From Octopus sinensis (taxonomy: Eukaryota), in the NCBI RefSeq assembly GCF_006345805.1, contig NW_021834224.1, forward strand, positions 6,543 through 70,542: a stretch of 64,000 bases of DNA, in the 5' to 3' direction. The position numbers were made by a program, and so were the translations under genes. Positions 11,211 through 24,132 of the stretch are shown piece by piece. Each line of letters opens with the position of its first letter. Position 1 is the stretch's first letter. The notes below the pieces were generated by a model. That model saw only the letters and a program-made list of their open reading frames with translations. It was not told the origin of the DNA and did not search any database.

Positions 11211-11619
11211 GTGGCCGGTTTAAACACTAAAGGGTTAAAGAAGAAGCTTGTTTCACAGAACATTGGGGGTCTTTACCATTTCCGTTAGCTTCTGTCATTA
11301 GACTGAAGCCATGCTGGAAGTGGTTTTCTTTAACAATTCTACCCCAGGACTTATTTTAAAACCTGGTACTTATTCTATCGGTCTTTTTGTCAAACTGCTA
11401 AGTTACAGGGATGTAAACGCACCAATACGGATTGTCAAGTGATGATGTCTTCTTGTCTTGAGACAGCATTCACCCGGGGTGGGTTGAGCTGGCTTCATTC
11501 ATCCTCAATGCTGCAACTCTCACAAACGCCGACCAGACCTGGCGATTTGAGGCTAATGACCACGTGATCATCATCATCACTATTACCATCATCATCATAA
11601 CGACTGTGTCGAGCTGACA

Positions 11620-11980
11620 GAAACGTTACGTTCTGGGTTCAAATTCCGCCAAGGTCGACTTTGCCTTTCATCCTTTCAGGGTCGATAAATTAAGTACCAG
11701 TTACGCACTGGGGTCAATGTAATCGACTTAATCCGTTTGTCTGTCCTTGTTTGTCCCCTTTATGTTTAGCTCCTTGTGGGTAATAAAGAAATAGATATTT
11801 CGTCTGCTGTTACGTTCTGAGTTCAAATTCCACCGAGGTCGACTTTGCCTTTCATCCTTTCGGGGTCGATTAAATAAGTACCAGTTACGCACTGGGGTTG
11901 ATATAATTGACTTAATCCCTTTGTCTGTCCTTCTTTGTCCCCTCTGTGTTTAGCCCCTTGTGGGTAGTAAAGAAATATAT
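11620..11980 (+). mobile_element. Two tandem SINE family B 3' segments (~184 bp period)
   Basis: acgttctg.gttcaaattc..aggtcgactttgcctttcatcc occurs twice. Confidence 0.8.
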
Positions 11981-12916
11981 TACCATCGTCATCATCATCA
12001 TCACCACCATCTTCACTATCATCATCATCATCATCATCACTATTACTATCATCATCATCAGGACCTACATCATTACCTACATTACCACTGCCATCTTCGG
12101 CATCATATTCACCCCTCCGCGCACTGCCATCACCGCCGCCGCCGCCGCCACCACCACCACCACCACCACCACCAACCACCACCACCACCGCCGCTATCCA
12201 CGGCAGCCTCATTTTTACTGCAACCACCATCATTACAAACATCACCACCACAGTACCATCATCATCACCACCACCACCAACACCACCACCACCAGCAACG
12301 CATTCATCAAAGATAAATCTGCATAAAGATGCACTGACTAAACTATTGATTTTTTTTCCTCCTCTCTTTCTCTCTCCATCCCTCCTTCTCTCTCTCTCTC
12401 TCCTCTCTCTCTCTCTTTCTCTTCTTTCTTTCTTTCCTCTTTTATTATTATTTTTTTTTTGTTTTTTTCTTCTTTATTTATTTTCCCCCTCTCTTTTTTC
12501 TTCAATTTAAACTTTCATCGCAGTTTCAAGCCTCCAAGACAGACAGTCTGTGTTTATCGTACATTGATCTCTCTCCTTGTACTTACTGCAACAACAAACA
12601 ACAACAACAACAAGAGATAGTGCCAACGGCAACAACAACAACAACAACATTAACAGCAACAACAACAGCAACAGCAATGACAACATCATCATCACCTTCA
12701 CCATCATCATCACCATCACCATCTTTTATCATCACCATTACCATCTTCCCCACCACCATTGACATCATCATCATCATCACTATCTTCACCACCACCATCG
12801 TCATCATCATCATCATCACCATCGCCATCATCATCATCATCATCATCACTATCACCATCTTCACCACCACCATCATCATCATCATCATCTTCACCACCAT
12901 CATCACCATCATTATC

Positions 12917-12965
<49 letters not shown>

Positions 12966-14562
12966 CCATCTTCACTACCACCATCGCCATCATCATCATC
13001 ATCACCATCACCATCATCATCACCACAATCGCCATCATTATCATCATCATCATCATCATCACCATCTTCACCACCACCATCCCCATCATCATCATCATCA
13101 TCATCATCACCACCACCATCACCACCACCATCATCATCACCATCTTCATCATCATCATCACCATCATCACCATCACCATCTTCACCACTACCATCCCCAT
13201 CATCATCATCATCACCATCACTAGCACCTACATCACTACCAACATTACCACTTGTCATCTTCAGCATCACATTCACCCCCTCCACCCACCGCCGCCACCA
13301 CCACCGCCACCACCACCACCACCACCATCACCGTTGTCCACGGCAACCTCATCGCTTACTACAACCTCATCATCATTACAAACATCACCACCGCAACAAC
13401 AACCACAACAAGAACAACAACAACAACATTGGCAGTAACATCAGAAACCTTATAAATCTATGTGCCGTTATCATCAACATCATCATCATCATCATTATCA
13501 TCGTCTTCGTCGTCGTCGTCAGCGTCATCGTTGTCGCTACAACCATTGATCTGTGTTGTATGACAACAACATCGAGAACAGCAACAGCGACAACAACAAC
13601 ATCTGCGTTATCAAAACAGGGGAAGCCTTATGAAAGATTGATCTCTGATCGTTGCTTTGTTATTATTATTATTATTATACCACCACCACCACCAACAACA
13701 ACAACAGCATCACTGTCATTCCTATCACCATCATCATCGCCATCTTCACCTTCATCATCATCGCCATCATTATCATCATCGTCATCATCATCATCATCAT
13801 CATCCTCATCATCATCATCACCATCATCCTCATCATCATCATCACCATCATCCTCATCATCATCATCACCATCATCCTCCTCCTCATCATCATCATCATC
13901 ACCATCTTCACCATCATCGCCATCATTATCATCATCGTCATCATCAGCATCACCATCATCCTCCTCATCATCCTCATCCTCATCCTCATCATCATCACCA
14001 CCACCACCATCACTGTCATTCCTATCATCATCATCATCACCATCACCATCACCATCTTCACCACCACCATCACAACCATCATCATCATCATCATCACCAT
14101 CATCACCACCACCACTACCACCATCATCCCCGCCACGACCACCATCATCAGTACTACTACCACCAACACCACCACCACCACCATCATCATCCCCGCCACC
14201 AACACCATCATCACTACCACTGTCGCCGCCGCCACCGCCACCATCATCATCATCATCATCTTCCTCATCCATACTTCAAACCCCCATCCCGCACCTCCAC
14301 CCCACCCCCACCACCCCATCATGGCAATCACGATTTTCTTCCCTCCATGTCTACCTCCCGGCAAGTTGCAACACAGCTGCTTCATCAACAGCAACTACAA
14401 CAGCAACAACATCGATAGCAACAGAAACAAGAACAACAACACCACCAACAACAACAAGATAAACCTTATCGTGTATTGATCTTTCCTTGTTTTACACACA
14501 ACAACAACAACAGCAGCAACAAGTTATATCAGAGATTCATCATCATTATCATCGTCATCATC

Positions 14563-14594
<32 letters not shown>

Positions 14595-14620
14595 CATCAC
14601 TATCATCATCAACGTCATCG

Positions 14621-14668
<48 letters not shown>

Positions 14669-15060
14669 CTATCATCATCAACGTCATCGTCATCATCATC
14701 ATCATCATCATCATCATCGCTATCATCATCGCTATCATCATCACTATCATCATCATCGCCATCATCATCATCATCATCATCGCCATCATCATCGCCATCA
14801 TCATCATCATCGCCATCATCATCGCCATCATAATCATCGCTATCATCATCGTCATCATCATCACTATCTCCATCATCATCATCATCATCATCATCGTCAT
14901 CGTCATCATCACCATCACCATCACCGATACACTCAGTGGCTGCCATCAGGCACCACTACCATCATCATCATCATCATCACCATCACCACCACCACCACCA
15001 CCATGACCATCATCATCATTATTCCTCATCGTTATCATCATCAACACTATCTTAATCATG
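11980..15060. repeat. Cryptic (ATC)n/(ACC)n/(AAC)n trinucleotide low-complexity tract
   Basis: Seen directly; source of the poly-His/Ser/Ile/Asp/Met ORFs. A non-simple ~150-bp motif is duplicated at ~12090 and ~13250. Confidence 0.9.
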
Positions 15061-15373
15061 ATCGTCCTCATCGATTGCTAAATTTCTTCTCTTACCTTCA
15101 GGCAACGTGTGTACGAGCATGCGCGCGTGTGTGTGTGTGTGTGTGTGTGTGTACACAGTTACATCGACAACAACAACAACAACAACAACCTACCTGATCA
15201 ATCATCGATCATCAGTCATCGATTGATCGCTATCCTCCACCTGTATCTAACGAGAGACATTGTGCTCTCCGACAACTATAAACAACTTCCAACTACACAA
15301 GTCAATGAGGAATCATCCTCTACGTGGTCACTCAATGTGCTAGAAACAGCAGTCAACTCTTCATCCAATCGCA

Positions 15374-16555
15374 TCCAACTTTCTTATGTATGGATGTATG
15401 TATGAACCAATGAGGAAGACCTCCATGTAGTTGCCCGGTTTGCTAGAAAGAGCAGTCAAATACACTTCAGAAACACCCCTCGCTGTCTTAAGTATGTATG
15501 AGCCAAGGGACATCCATATATGGTGGCTAGATCTGTTAAAAATAGCAGCTAAGTCATTATCAAAGTCACACGTTAGTGTCTTATGTGTGTACCTTTGTAT
15601 GAGGGAACAAGCAAAGACCCCTGTATGATAGCTGGATCTGTTAGAAATAGCAGTCAAAATGTCCCTCAACTCACGTCCAACTGTATTATGCATGGATGTA
15701 TGTATGAACGAATAAGGGGACATCAATGTAGTTGCAAGGTTTGCTAGAAAGAGCAGCCAAATACACTTCAGAATCACACCTTGCTGTCTCATGTATGTAT
15801 GTGCCAAGGGACACCCATATAAGGTGGTTAGGTCTGTTAGAAATAGCAGCCAAATGTCCCTCAAATCACATCCAACTGTCTGGATGTATGTATTAATCTT
15901 TTTTTCATTATTGTCATCACCAACACCACCACCACCGCCACAACCTTCTCTTCCCCTACCTCCTCCTCCACATCATCATTGTTACCACCACCATCACCAT
16001 CATCATCACTATCACTACCAACATCATCATCACCACCGCCACCATCACCATCACTAACACTACTACCATCATCATCATCATCATCACACTCTGTGTCACG
16101 CTGAATCTCCCTGAGAACTACATTAGGGGTACACATGTCTGTGGAGTACTCAGCCACTTGCACATTAATTTCACAAGCAGGCTGTTCCGTTGATCACATC
16201 AGCTGGAACCCTCGTCATCATAACTGATGAAGTGCTCCTTTTTTTTTTATGTACAAACCAACGAGGAAGACCTATATGTAGTTGCCAGATTTTCTAGAAA
16301 GAGCAGTCAAATACACTTCAGAATCACACCTTGCTGTCTTATGTGTGTATGTGCCAAGGGACACCCATATAAGGTGGCTAGATCTGTCAGAAATAGCAGC
16401 TAAGTCTTTATCAAAGTCACACGGTAGTGTCTTATGCTTTGTATGAGGGAACAAGCATAGACCCCTGTTTGATAGCTAGGTCTGTTAGAAATAGCAGCCA
16501 AATGTCCCTCAAATCACATCCAACTGTTTTATGCATGGATGTATGTATTAACCTT
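15374..16555. repeat. Old ~100-bp minisatellite organised as ~300-bp three-subunit repeats, interrupted by (ACC/ATC)n and a SINE tail
   Basis: Motifs tctgttagaaatagcagc / tttgctagaaagagcagtcaaatacacttcag recur at ~100 and ~300 bp spacing in 15374-15895 and 16250-16555. Confidence 0.7.
16088..16230 (+). mobile_element. 3' tail fragment of the tRNA-Arg-like SINE seen at 25236
   Basis: ctgtgtcacgctgaat..gagaactac..ttaatttcac.agcaggctgttcc..ggaaccctcgtc. Confidence 0.75.
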
Positions 16556-16589
16556 TTTTTCATTATTGTCACCACCACCACCATGACCA

Positions 16590-17020
16590 CCACCTTGGGC
16601 AAGTGTCTTCTACTATAGCCTCAGTCCGACGAAAGCCTTGTGAGTGGATTTGGTAGACGGAAACTGAAAGAAGCCCGTCGTATATGTATGTATATATAAA
16701 TATGTATGTGTGTGTATATGTTTGTATGTTTGTGTTTGGCCCTCCAACATCACTTGACAACTGATGCAGTTCAGCAAAAGAGACCCGATAGAATAAGTAC
16801 TAGGCTTACAAAGAATAAGTCCTGGGGTCGATTTGCTCGATCGACTAAAGGCGGTGCTCCAGCATGGCCGCAGTCAAATGACTGAAACAAGTAAAAGAGA
16901 CCGATAGAATAAGTACCAGGCTTACTAAGAATGAGTCCTGGGGGTCGATTTGCTCGACTAAAGGCAGTGCTCCAGCATGGCCACAGTCAAATGACTGAAA
17001 CAAGTAAAAGAGTAAAGAGT
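16590..17020 (+). mobile_element. SINE family A, 5'-truncated, tail duplicated
   Basis: Begins at caccttgggcaagtg; the gatagaataagtac..gaaacaagtaaaagag tail occurs twice. Confidence 0.8.
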
Positions 17021-17319
17021 AATGTAAAGAAAGTGTGTACAGCAGTGGAAATCAGATGGAAAAGATAAGGAGATAAGAAAACATCTCTGGCAAATTAACG
17101 AGGAATCTGCAGGTATTCTTGTAGCACCTGTAAATCTTTGATTTATACCTGGAATTATTGGAGCATTTTATTATAAAGCCAGCTGCCTCAGTACCAGTCT
17201 TGAGAAGTTAAACTTCACAAAACCATTAAAGATAATTAGCAGATTATAATTACAAGCCATTAACGAAACAGTTAGAATATGGAAAGCAATCTAGAAGTTT
17301 AGGCTGTAATAACTGTATG

Positions 17320-17548
17320 TAAATTTGCACAGACACACACATACATGCACGCGTGTGTGTACACACACATACATGCACGCGTGTGTGTACACACACACAT
17401 GCGCATACACACAAACACACATGCACACACATATGCACACACATATGCGCACACACAAACACACAAAAACACAAACTTGCACACGCTCACACACACAAAC
17501 ACAGACACACACTCACAAACATACACACATGCACACACTCATGCGCAT

Positions 17549-17584
<36 letters not shown>

Positions 17585-17926
17585 ATGCACACACACACAT
17601 GCTCACACACACACACAAACACACACAACCACACACACTTACACACACAGATGCATGCGCGCACACACAAACACATACACGCATGCACACACACACATGC
17701 TCACACACACACAACACACACACACACACACAAACACACATGCACACACACACACAACACACACACACACACACACAACACACATGCACACACACACACA
17801 AACACACACAACCACACACACTTACACACACAGATGCATGCGCGCACACACAAACACATACACGCATGCACACACACACATGCTCACACAACACAAACAT
17901 ACACACACACACACACAAACACACAT

Positions 17927-17964
<38 letters not shown>

Positions 17965-18131
17965 ATGCACACACACACACAAACACACACAACCACACAC
18001 ACTTACACACACAGATGCATGCGCGCACACACAAACACATACACGCATGCACACACACCACACACAGATGCATGTACACACATGCACACACACACACAAA
18101 CACACACATACACACATGCACACACTCATGT

Positions 18132-18169
<38 letters not shown>

Positions 18170-18195
18170 ATGCACACACACACATGCACACACAT
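17320..18195. repeat. (CA)n-rich tract with ~180-bp internal triplication
   Basis: cacttacacacacagatgcatgcgcgcacacacaaacacatacacgcatgc recurs at ~17635, ~17818 and ~18000. Confidence 0.85.
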
Positions 18196-18197
18196 AC

Positions 18198-18231
18198 ATT
18201 GGTAGACCAAAACTGAAAGAAGCCTGTTGTA

Positions 18232-18299
<68 letters not shown>

Positions 18300-19084
18300 T
18301 GTGTATATGTTTGTGTGCTTGTGTTTGTCCCCCCAACATCACTTGACAATCAATGCTGGCGTGTGTGTGTTTACGTCCCCATAACTTAGCAGTTCGGCAA
18401 AACAGACTAATAGAATAACTACTAGGCTTACAAAGAATAAGTCCTGGGGTCGATTTGGTCGACTAATGGTGGTGCTCCAGCATGGCCACAATCAAATGAC
18501 TGAACAAGTAAAAGAGTAATCCTCAATTTACTATTTTGCTGTGTGGTCCCCACCAAAACCTCATATGGACCCTCAGCGGGTAATATGGACCCTCCTGGCT
18601 GAGAACCACTGGTGTACAAGAATGAATGTTTAGCTGATGCTTAAATTACAATGGAAGAACATCATCTCTGAGATGGGAAGAAAACTGCTCCATCACCATA
18701 AGTGAGAAATTTAGAAAGAGAAGGAGAATAAAAGAATATAAGAATAAAAGATTATAAGAATAAAAGAATATAAGAATAAAAGAATATAAGAATAAAAGAA
18801 TAAAAGAATATAAGAATAAAAAAATATAAGAATACAAGAATAGAAGAATAAAAGAATATAAGAATAAAAGAATATAAGCAGAACTAATAAATGAACAAAC
18901 ACATATTTTGATGTATATAACATGTGTTCTATCAATGTCGTATCTACAGATGTAGGTCCAACCACATGGTTCCGGGTTCAGTCCCACTGCGTGGCACCTT
19001 GGGCAAGTGTCTTCTACTATAGCCTCAGGCCGACCAAAGCCTTGTGAGTGGATTTGGTAGACAGAAACTGAAAGAAGCCTGTCG

Positions 19085-19117
<33 letters not shown>

Positions 19118-19335
19118 ATATGTTTGTGTGTCTGTGTTTGTCCTCCTAGCATTGCTTGACAACCGATGCTGGTGTGTTTATGTCCCCGTCACTTAGCGGT
19201 TCGGCAAAAGAGACCGATAGAATAAGTACTGGGCTTACAAAAGAATAAGTCCCAGGGTCGAGTTGCTCGATTAAAGGCGGTGCTCCAGCATGGCCGCAGT
19301 CAAATGACTGAAACAAGTAAAAGAGTAAAAGAGTA
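18198..19335 (+). mobile_element. Two 5'-truncated SINE family A copies (18198-18520; 18955-19335) separated by an hAT-MITE end and an AAGAATA-type minisatellite
   Basis: Family A body and tail motifs; ggctgagaaccactg at ~18600; (ataaaagaatataaga)n at 18725-18885. Confidence 0.7.
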
Positions 19336-19504
19336 GAGAGATTAATCTGATGGGTTACTCTATACTTTTGCGGAATACAAATATATTCTTAAAACAAGAA
19401 TATTGTTGATAGTAACTTTGAAGTTTCAATCAGTTAAGCCATCGTCCAGCAACGGGTTAACTGGCTGAAACGTTTAAGTCAATAATACTCTTGTTTAAGA
19501 ATAA

Positions 19505-19575
19505 CATGTGTGTGTGTGTGTGTGTGTGCATGAGTATATATATGTGTATGTGTGAATATATGCATATACACATAT

Positions 19576-19620
<45 letters not shown>

Positions 19621-19655
19621 TAGATATAAATAAATATAAATATATATATATATTA

Positions 19656-19687
<32 letters not shown>

Positions 19688-19893
19688 CATATATAATATA
19701 AATAAATATATATATATATAATATATATATATATATATACATATATAAATATAAATAGATATATACATATATAAATATAAATAATATATATATATATATA
19801 TAAATATAAATAAATATATATATATATATATATAAATATAAATAAATATATATATATATATAAATAAATATATACATATATAAATATAAATAA

Positions 19894-19932
<39 letters not shown>

Positions 19933-19965
19933 TATATTTATATATATATTTATATATGTATATAG
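19505..19965. repeat. (GT)n/(AT)n/(AAAT)n microsatellite
   Basis: Seen directly. Confidence 0.95.
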
Positions 19966-20669
19966 ACAAACAGTTAAATATGTATATTTTTATTGCATCA
20001 AATTATAATGAATTACATATTTCCATATTATTTATAAAAAAATAATATCAACTGCTATACCCAGCCACAAATATAATTACAACTGCCAAATTGTTTTTAT
20101 TAATTGATTTTAATATTATTATTATTATTATTATTATTATTAGCATTATTATTTTTATCATCATCATCATTATCCATTTCTGTAGCATTAACAACAATCG
20201 CAATAATATTTTCAGCCACCACAGCCACATAAATAAACATGGGATTATTGCTTCAATAATTCCATAGACAAAAGAAAGCTAGGGGTCACGAAAAGACAGA
20301 CAACCAGACACGCACACACACACACACACACACTCACACACACATTTGCATATATACATGTATTTGTGTAAACAGGGAACAGCAATCCTTTCAAAACAGT
20401 TTATATTAAAACCAGAATTTAATCTCCCTTTTTTTTCCCCCCACTTTTTTTAAAGATTTTTTTCATATTTGTCCTTCATGATTGTATTCGGAACAATAAG
20501 GTTCTGAAATCCAAACGTCTGACGTTTCAAGGTTTTTCACAACCCCCTTTTACGAATTTAACCCCATTGTCATAGTGGAGTGTGTTCTGCACTTTCTGTA
20601 GTTAATCATAAAGAAATGAGGGGGTAATTTCAAATTCCCAGTAAAAATTGTCAATATTCATCGCCATCA

Positions 20670-21090
20670 TGGCCGATGCCAGTGCCGCCTCGACTGGCTT
20701 CCGTGCCGGTGGCACATAAAATACACCAATCCGACCGTGGCCGTTGCCAGCCTCGCCTGGCACCTGTGCAGGTGGCATGTAAAAAGCACCCACTACACTC
20801 ATGGAGTGGTTGGCGTTAGGAAGGGCATCCAGCTGTAGAAACACTGCCAGATAAGACTGGAGCCTGGTGCAGCCTTCTGGCTTCCCAGATCCCCGGTCGA
20901 ACCGTCTAACCCATGCTAGCATGGAGAACGGACGTTAAACGATGATGATGATCATCATCATCATCATCATGATCACTATCATTTGGGTTGGACGGTTCAA
21001 CTGGGGTCTGGGAAGCCAGGAAGATGCACCAGGGACCAATCTGGTCTGGCAGTGTTTCTACAGCTGGATGGCCTTCCCAACACCAACCAC
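20670..21090. mobile_element. Two family C retroposon copies tail-to-tail around (GAT)n(CAT)n
   Basis: Plus copy 20670-20950; minus copy ~20984-21090. Confidence 0.75.
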
Positions 21091-21102
21091 TCACCCCCAC
21101 CC

Positions 21103-21136
<34 letters not shown>

Positions 21137-21415
21137 TAGATATATAAAACAGGCTTCTTTCAGTTTCCGTCTACCAAATCCACTCACAAGGCTTTGGTCG
21201 GCCCAAGGCTATAGTAGAGGACACATGCCCAAGGTGCCACACAGTGGCACTGAACCCGGAATGATGTGGTTAGTAAGCAAGCTACTTACCACACAGCCAC
21301 TCCTACGCCTATTATTATTATTATTATTATCATCATCATTATTATCATCATCATCATCATCATTATTATTATAATCATTATTATCATCATTATCATCATT
21401 ATTATCATCATCATC

Positions 21416-21453
<38 letters not shown>

Positions 21454-21459
21454 TATTTT

Positions 21460-22027
21460 ATGTTTGACTTTTGCTTTGCATTTGTACAAGTTGGCTCCAA
21501 GTCTCACCCAGAGGCCTCAAGAGACAACATATTAGAAGTTCACGTTGGTGTTATGCCTATGGCGTCATAAGTTTGGTTTTGTCTAAGAAAACATAAGAAG
21601 ATTATAAATTTGTTTTAAAATTTGAGATTACATCATAGATAGTATTTTACGTTAGATATGGGCAGTTCCCATGAGGACTATCTTTTGAATTTCTGCCATT
21701 TTGGGGTTTCCTGGTATCTGAGCTACATAGCAATCAGCCCCTTTTGCTATCATTCCCAGGGCACCTATGACAACAGGTATTGTTTTAGTCTTCAGTTTCC
21801 ACATTTTGCTAATTTCTATTTCAAGATCGTTATACTGGCTCAATTTTTGGTAGGTCTTGACAGATAAGTTTATATTGATTGGAACAGTCATATCAATACG
21901 GAGGCAGGATTTCTGTCTGAAGGCTTTCAATAAGGCCTATTCACATCTATCTTTCTGTCAGTTTGAATGGTGAAGTTCCAGAGGAATGAGATATGATCAT
22001 TTTCAAGCACAGGAGGTGGTTTGTGCT
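21460..22027 (-). mobile_element. 5'-truncated Dong/R4-clade RLE non-LTR retrotransposon inserted in (TAA)n
   Basis: Minus strand HKPPPVLENDHISFLWNFTIQTDRKIDVNRP/(frameshift)..KSCLRIDMTVP..KTYQKLSQYNDLEIEISKMW..TIPVVIGALG matches the R4/Dong restriction-like endonuclease (W.F.IQTD..I...RPD..IDV..P..K..KY..L..PVVIGALG); AAT repeats on both flanks. Confidence 0.88.
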
Positions 22028-22045
22028 ATTATTATTATTATTAAA

Positions 22046-22618
22046 AAGCACCCACTACACTCTCGGAGTGGTTGGTGTTAGGAAGGGTATCCAGCTGTAG
22101 AAACTATGCCAGATCAAGATTGGAGCCTGGTGCAGCCATCTGGTTTGCCAGCCCTCAGTCAAAATCGTCCAACCCATGCTAGCATGGAAAGCGGACGCCA
22201 AACGATGATTATTATTATTATTATTATAGGCGCAGGAGTGGCTGTGTGGTAAGTAGCTTGCTAACCAACCACATGGTTCCAGGTTCAGTCCCACTGCGTG
22301 GTATCTTGGGCAAGTGTCTTCTGCTATAGCCCCGGGCTGACCAATGCCTTGTGAGTGGATTTGGTTGACGGAAACTGAAAGAAGCCTGTCGTATATATGT
22401 ATATATATATATGTGTATGTGTGTGTGTTTGTCCCCCTAACATTGCTTGACAACCGATGCTGGTGTGTTTACGTCCCCGTCACTTAGCGGTTCAGCAAAA
22501 GAGACCGATAGAATAAGTACTGGGCTTACAAAGAATAAGTCCCGGGGTCGAGTTGCTCGACTAAAGGCGGTGCTCCAGCATGGCCGCAGTCAAATGACTG
22601 AAACAAGTAAAAGAGAGA
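22046..22618 (+). mobile_element. Family C 3' fragment (22046-22210) followed by full SINE family A (22228-22618)
   Basis: Family-diagnostic motifs as above. Confidence 0.8.
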
Positions 22619-22914
22619 TTATTATTATTATTATTATTACCATTATTACTATTACTATTATTATTATTATTATTACTATTATTCAGGCCTGGTTCCTATC
22701 GTAGAAAGAATTATCATCATCATCATCATCATCATCATCATTATTATTGTAAAAAATATGATTTCGGTTATTATTAAGAGTACAGTTGGTGTGTGGTCCC
22801 AGTTGACAAGACATACCACATACAGTCACACTAACACGAAAATGTTGACTTTATAGGTGGGAAATTTTTAAGTAAACACTGAACAATGTTTCATTTCTTT
22901 CCAGCCTATTAATC

Positions 22915-22985
<71 letters not shown>

Positions 22986-23094
22986 GTGTATATATGTGTA
23001 TGTGCACGGGAATGTTTGTAAGATCTTGTGAGTGTGTATGCATATTTATTTATATATATATGCCTATATGTATGAGTGTGTCTATCTATCTGCC

Positions 23095-23187
<93 letters not shown>

Positions 23188-23428
23188 GTAAAAAAATACA
23201 AACTGGGACAAGAACGCAAAACATTAGAAGACGATACAAAAAACACGGACGGGACATTCGAAGCCTTCAATCTTCAGTCAAGAACCGGATCATCCTCGCA
23301 ATTTCGGCTGAGTAATCTTGAGATTGCTCCGACCTGGCCAGCCCCAAAGGAAAATCTAAGCCAAGCACATTAGATTCCTTGGAAGAAAGCCTCGAATGTA
23401 TACAAAACAAGGATGGGAACGAATAAGA

Positions 23429-23464
<36 letters not shown>

Positions 23465-23475
23465 GTATATATATA

Positions 23476-23807
23476 TAATTAAGGGTTTAGCAAAAAGTTG
23501 CTTGGGCAAAATGCTTAACGGTATTTCATCTGTCATTATGTTTTGAGTTCAAATTTCGTAGTGGTCGACTTTGACGTACAGATTATTTAATTAATATTTT
23601 AATGGCAGTGCCCCAGCATGGCCACAGCTCGTGAGCTGAAACTAGATGAAATAAAATAAAAATAGCTGTCAAAAACCGCTAGTTCTTCTGTGAGTTACGA
23701 GTATTGCTATCTGTGGAGTTATATTTGTAGTCAATATAGTGGTTTTTGACTGCTATTTCTAAATTTTCGGTATGTGGTGAAGCAACTTTTTGCTAAACCC
23801 TTAATTA
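23476..23807. mobile_element. Inverted-repeat element with perfect 28-bp terminal repeats enclosing SINE fragments
   Basis: taattaagggtttagcaaaaagttgctt (23476-23503) versus aagcaactttttgctaaacccttaatta (23780-23807); flanked by (TA)n. Confidence 0.7.
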
Positions 23808-24132
23808 TATTTATAATTATAAAAAAAACTTTTTGTATAAGTTTTTACCGATAATGGTTTTTTCTTCTATACTGAAGCTACTTGGTGAAATTTGTTAATT
23901 ATTAAATTAATAATTTTTTACCCTACATCTATAATATATGATTGATCGTTCGCCACTACACACATTTTTTTCTCTCCTTGTTTTTTTCTGTGTCCCTTTC
24001 TGTAGAAGAGCATAGGCTCGAAACGTAAAAGACTTTTTCTATTCCTGAGCGTTATACTAATGTTTTGTACACCACCTGTCTTCGTCTTTTGTTTTTTTCG
24101 TAAACTCTCCCTATATATATATATATATATAT

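Larger units (their letters stand above)
10247..11234. mobile_element. piggyBac-like MITE (outer), TTAA-flanked, with two nested insertions
   Basis: TTAA(10243-46)|ccctttagtgtt ... aacactaaaggg|TTAA(11235-38); 12-bp perfect TIR with CCC/GGG ends. Confidence 0.85.

Noticed and set aside
11823-15197. Long ORFs (up to 567 aa) of poly-Ser/His/Ile/Asp/Met
   Set aside because: Open in several frames on both strands because (ATC)n/(ACC)n lacks stops; no domain or splice support.
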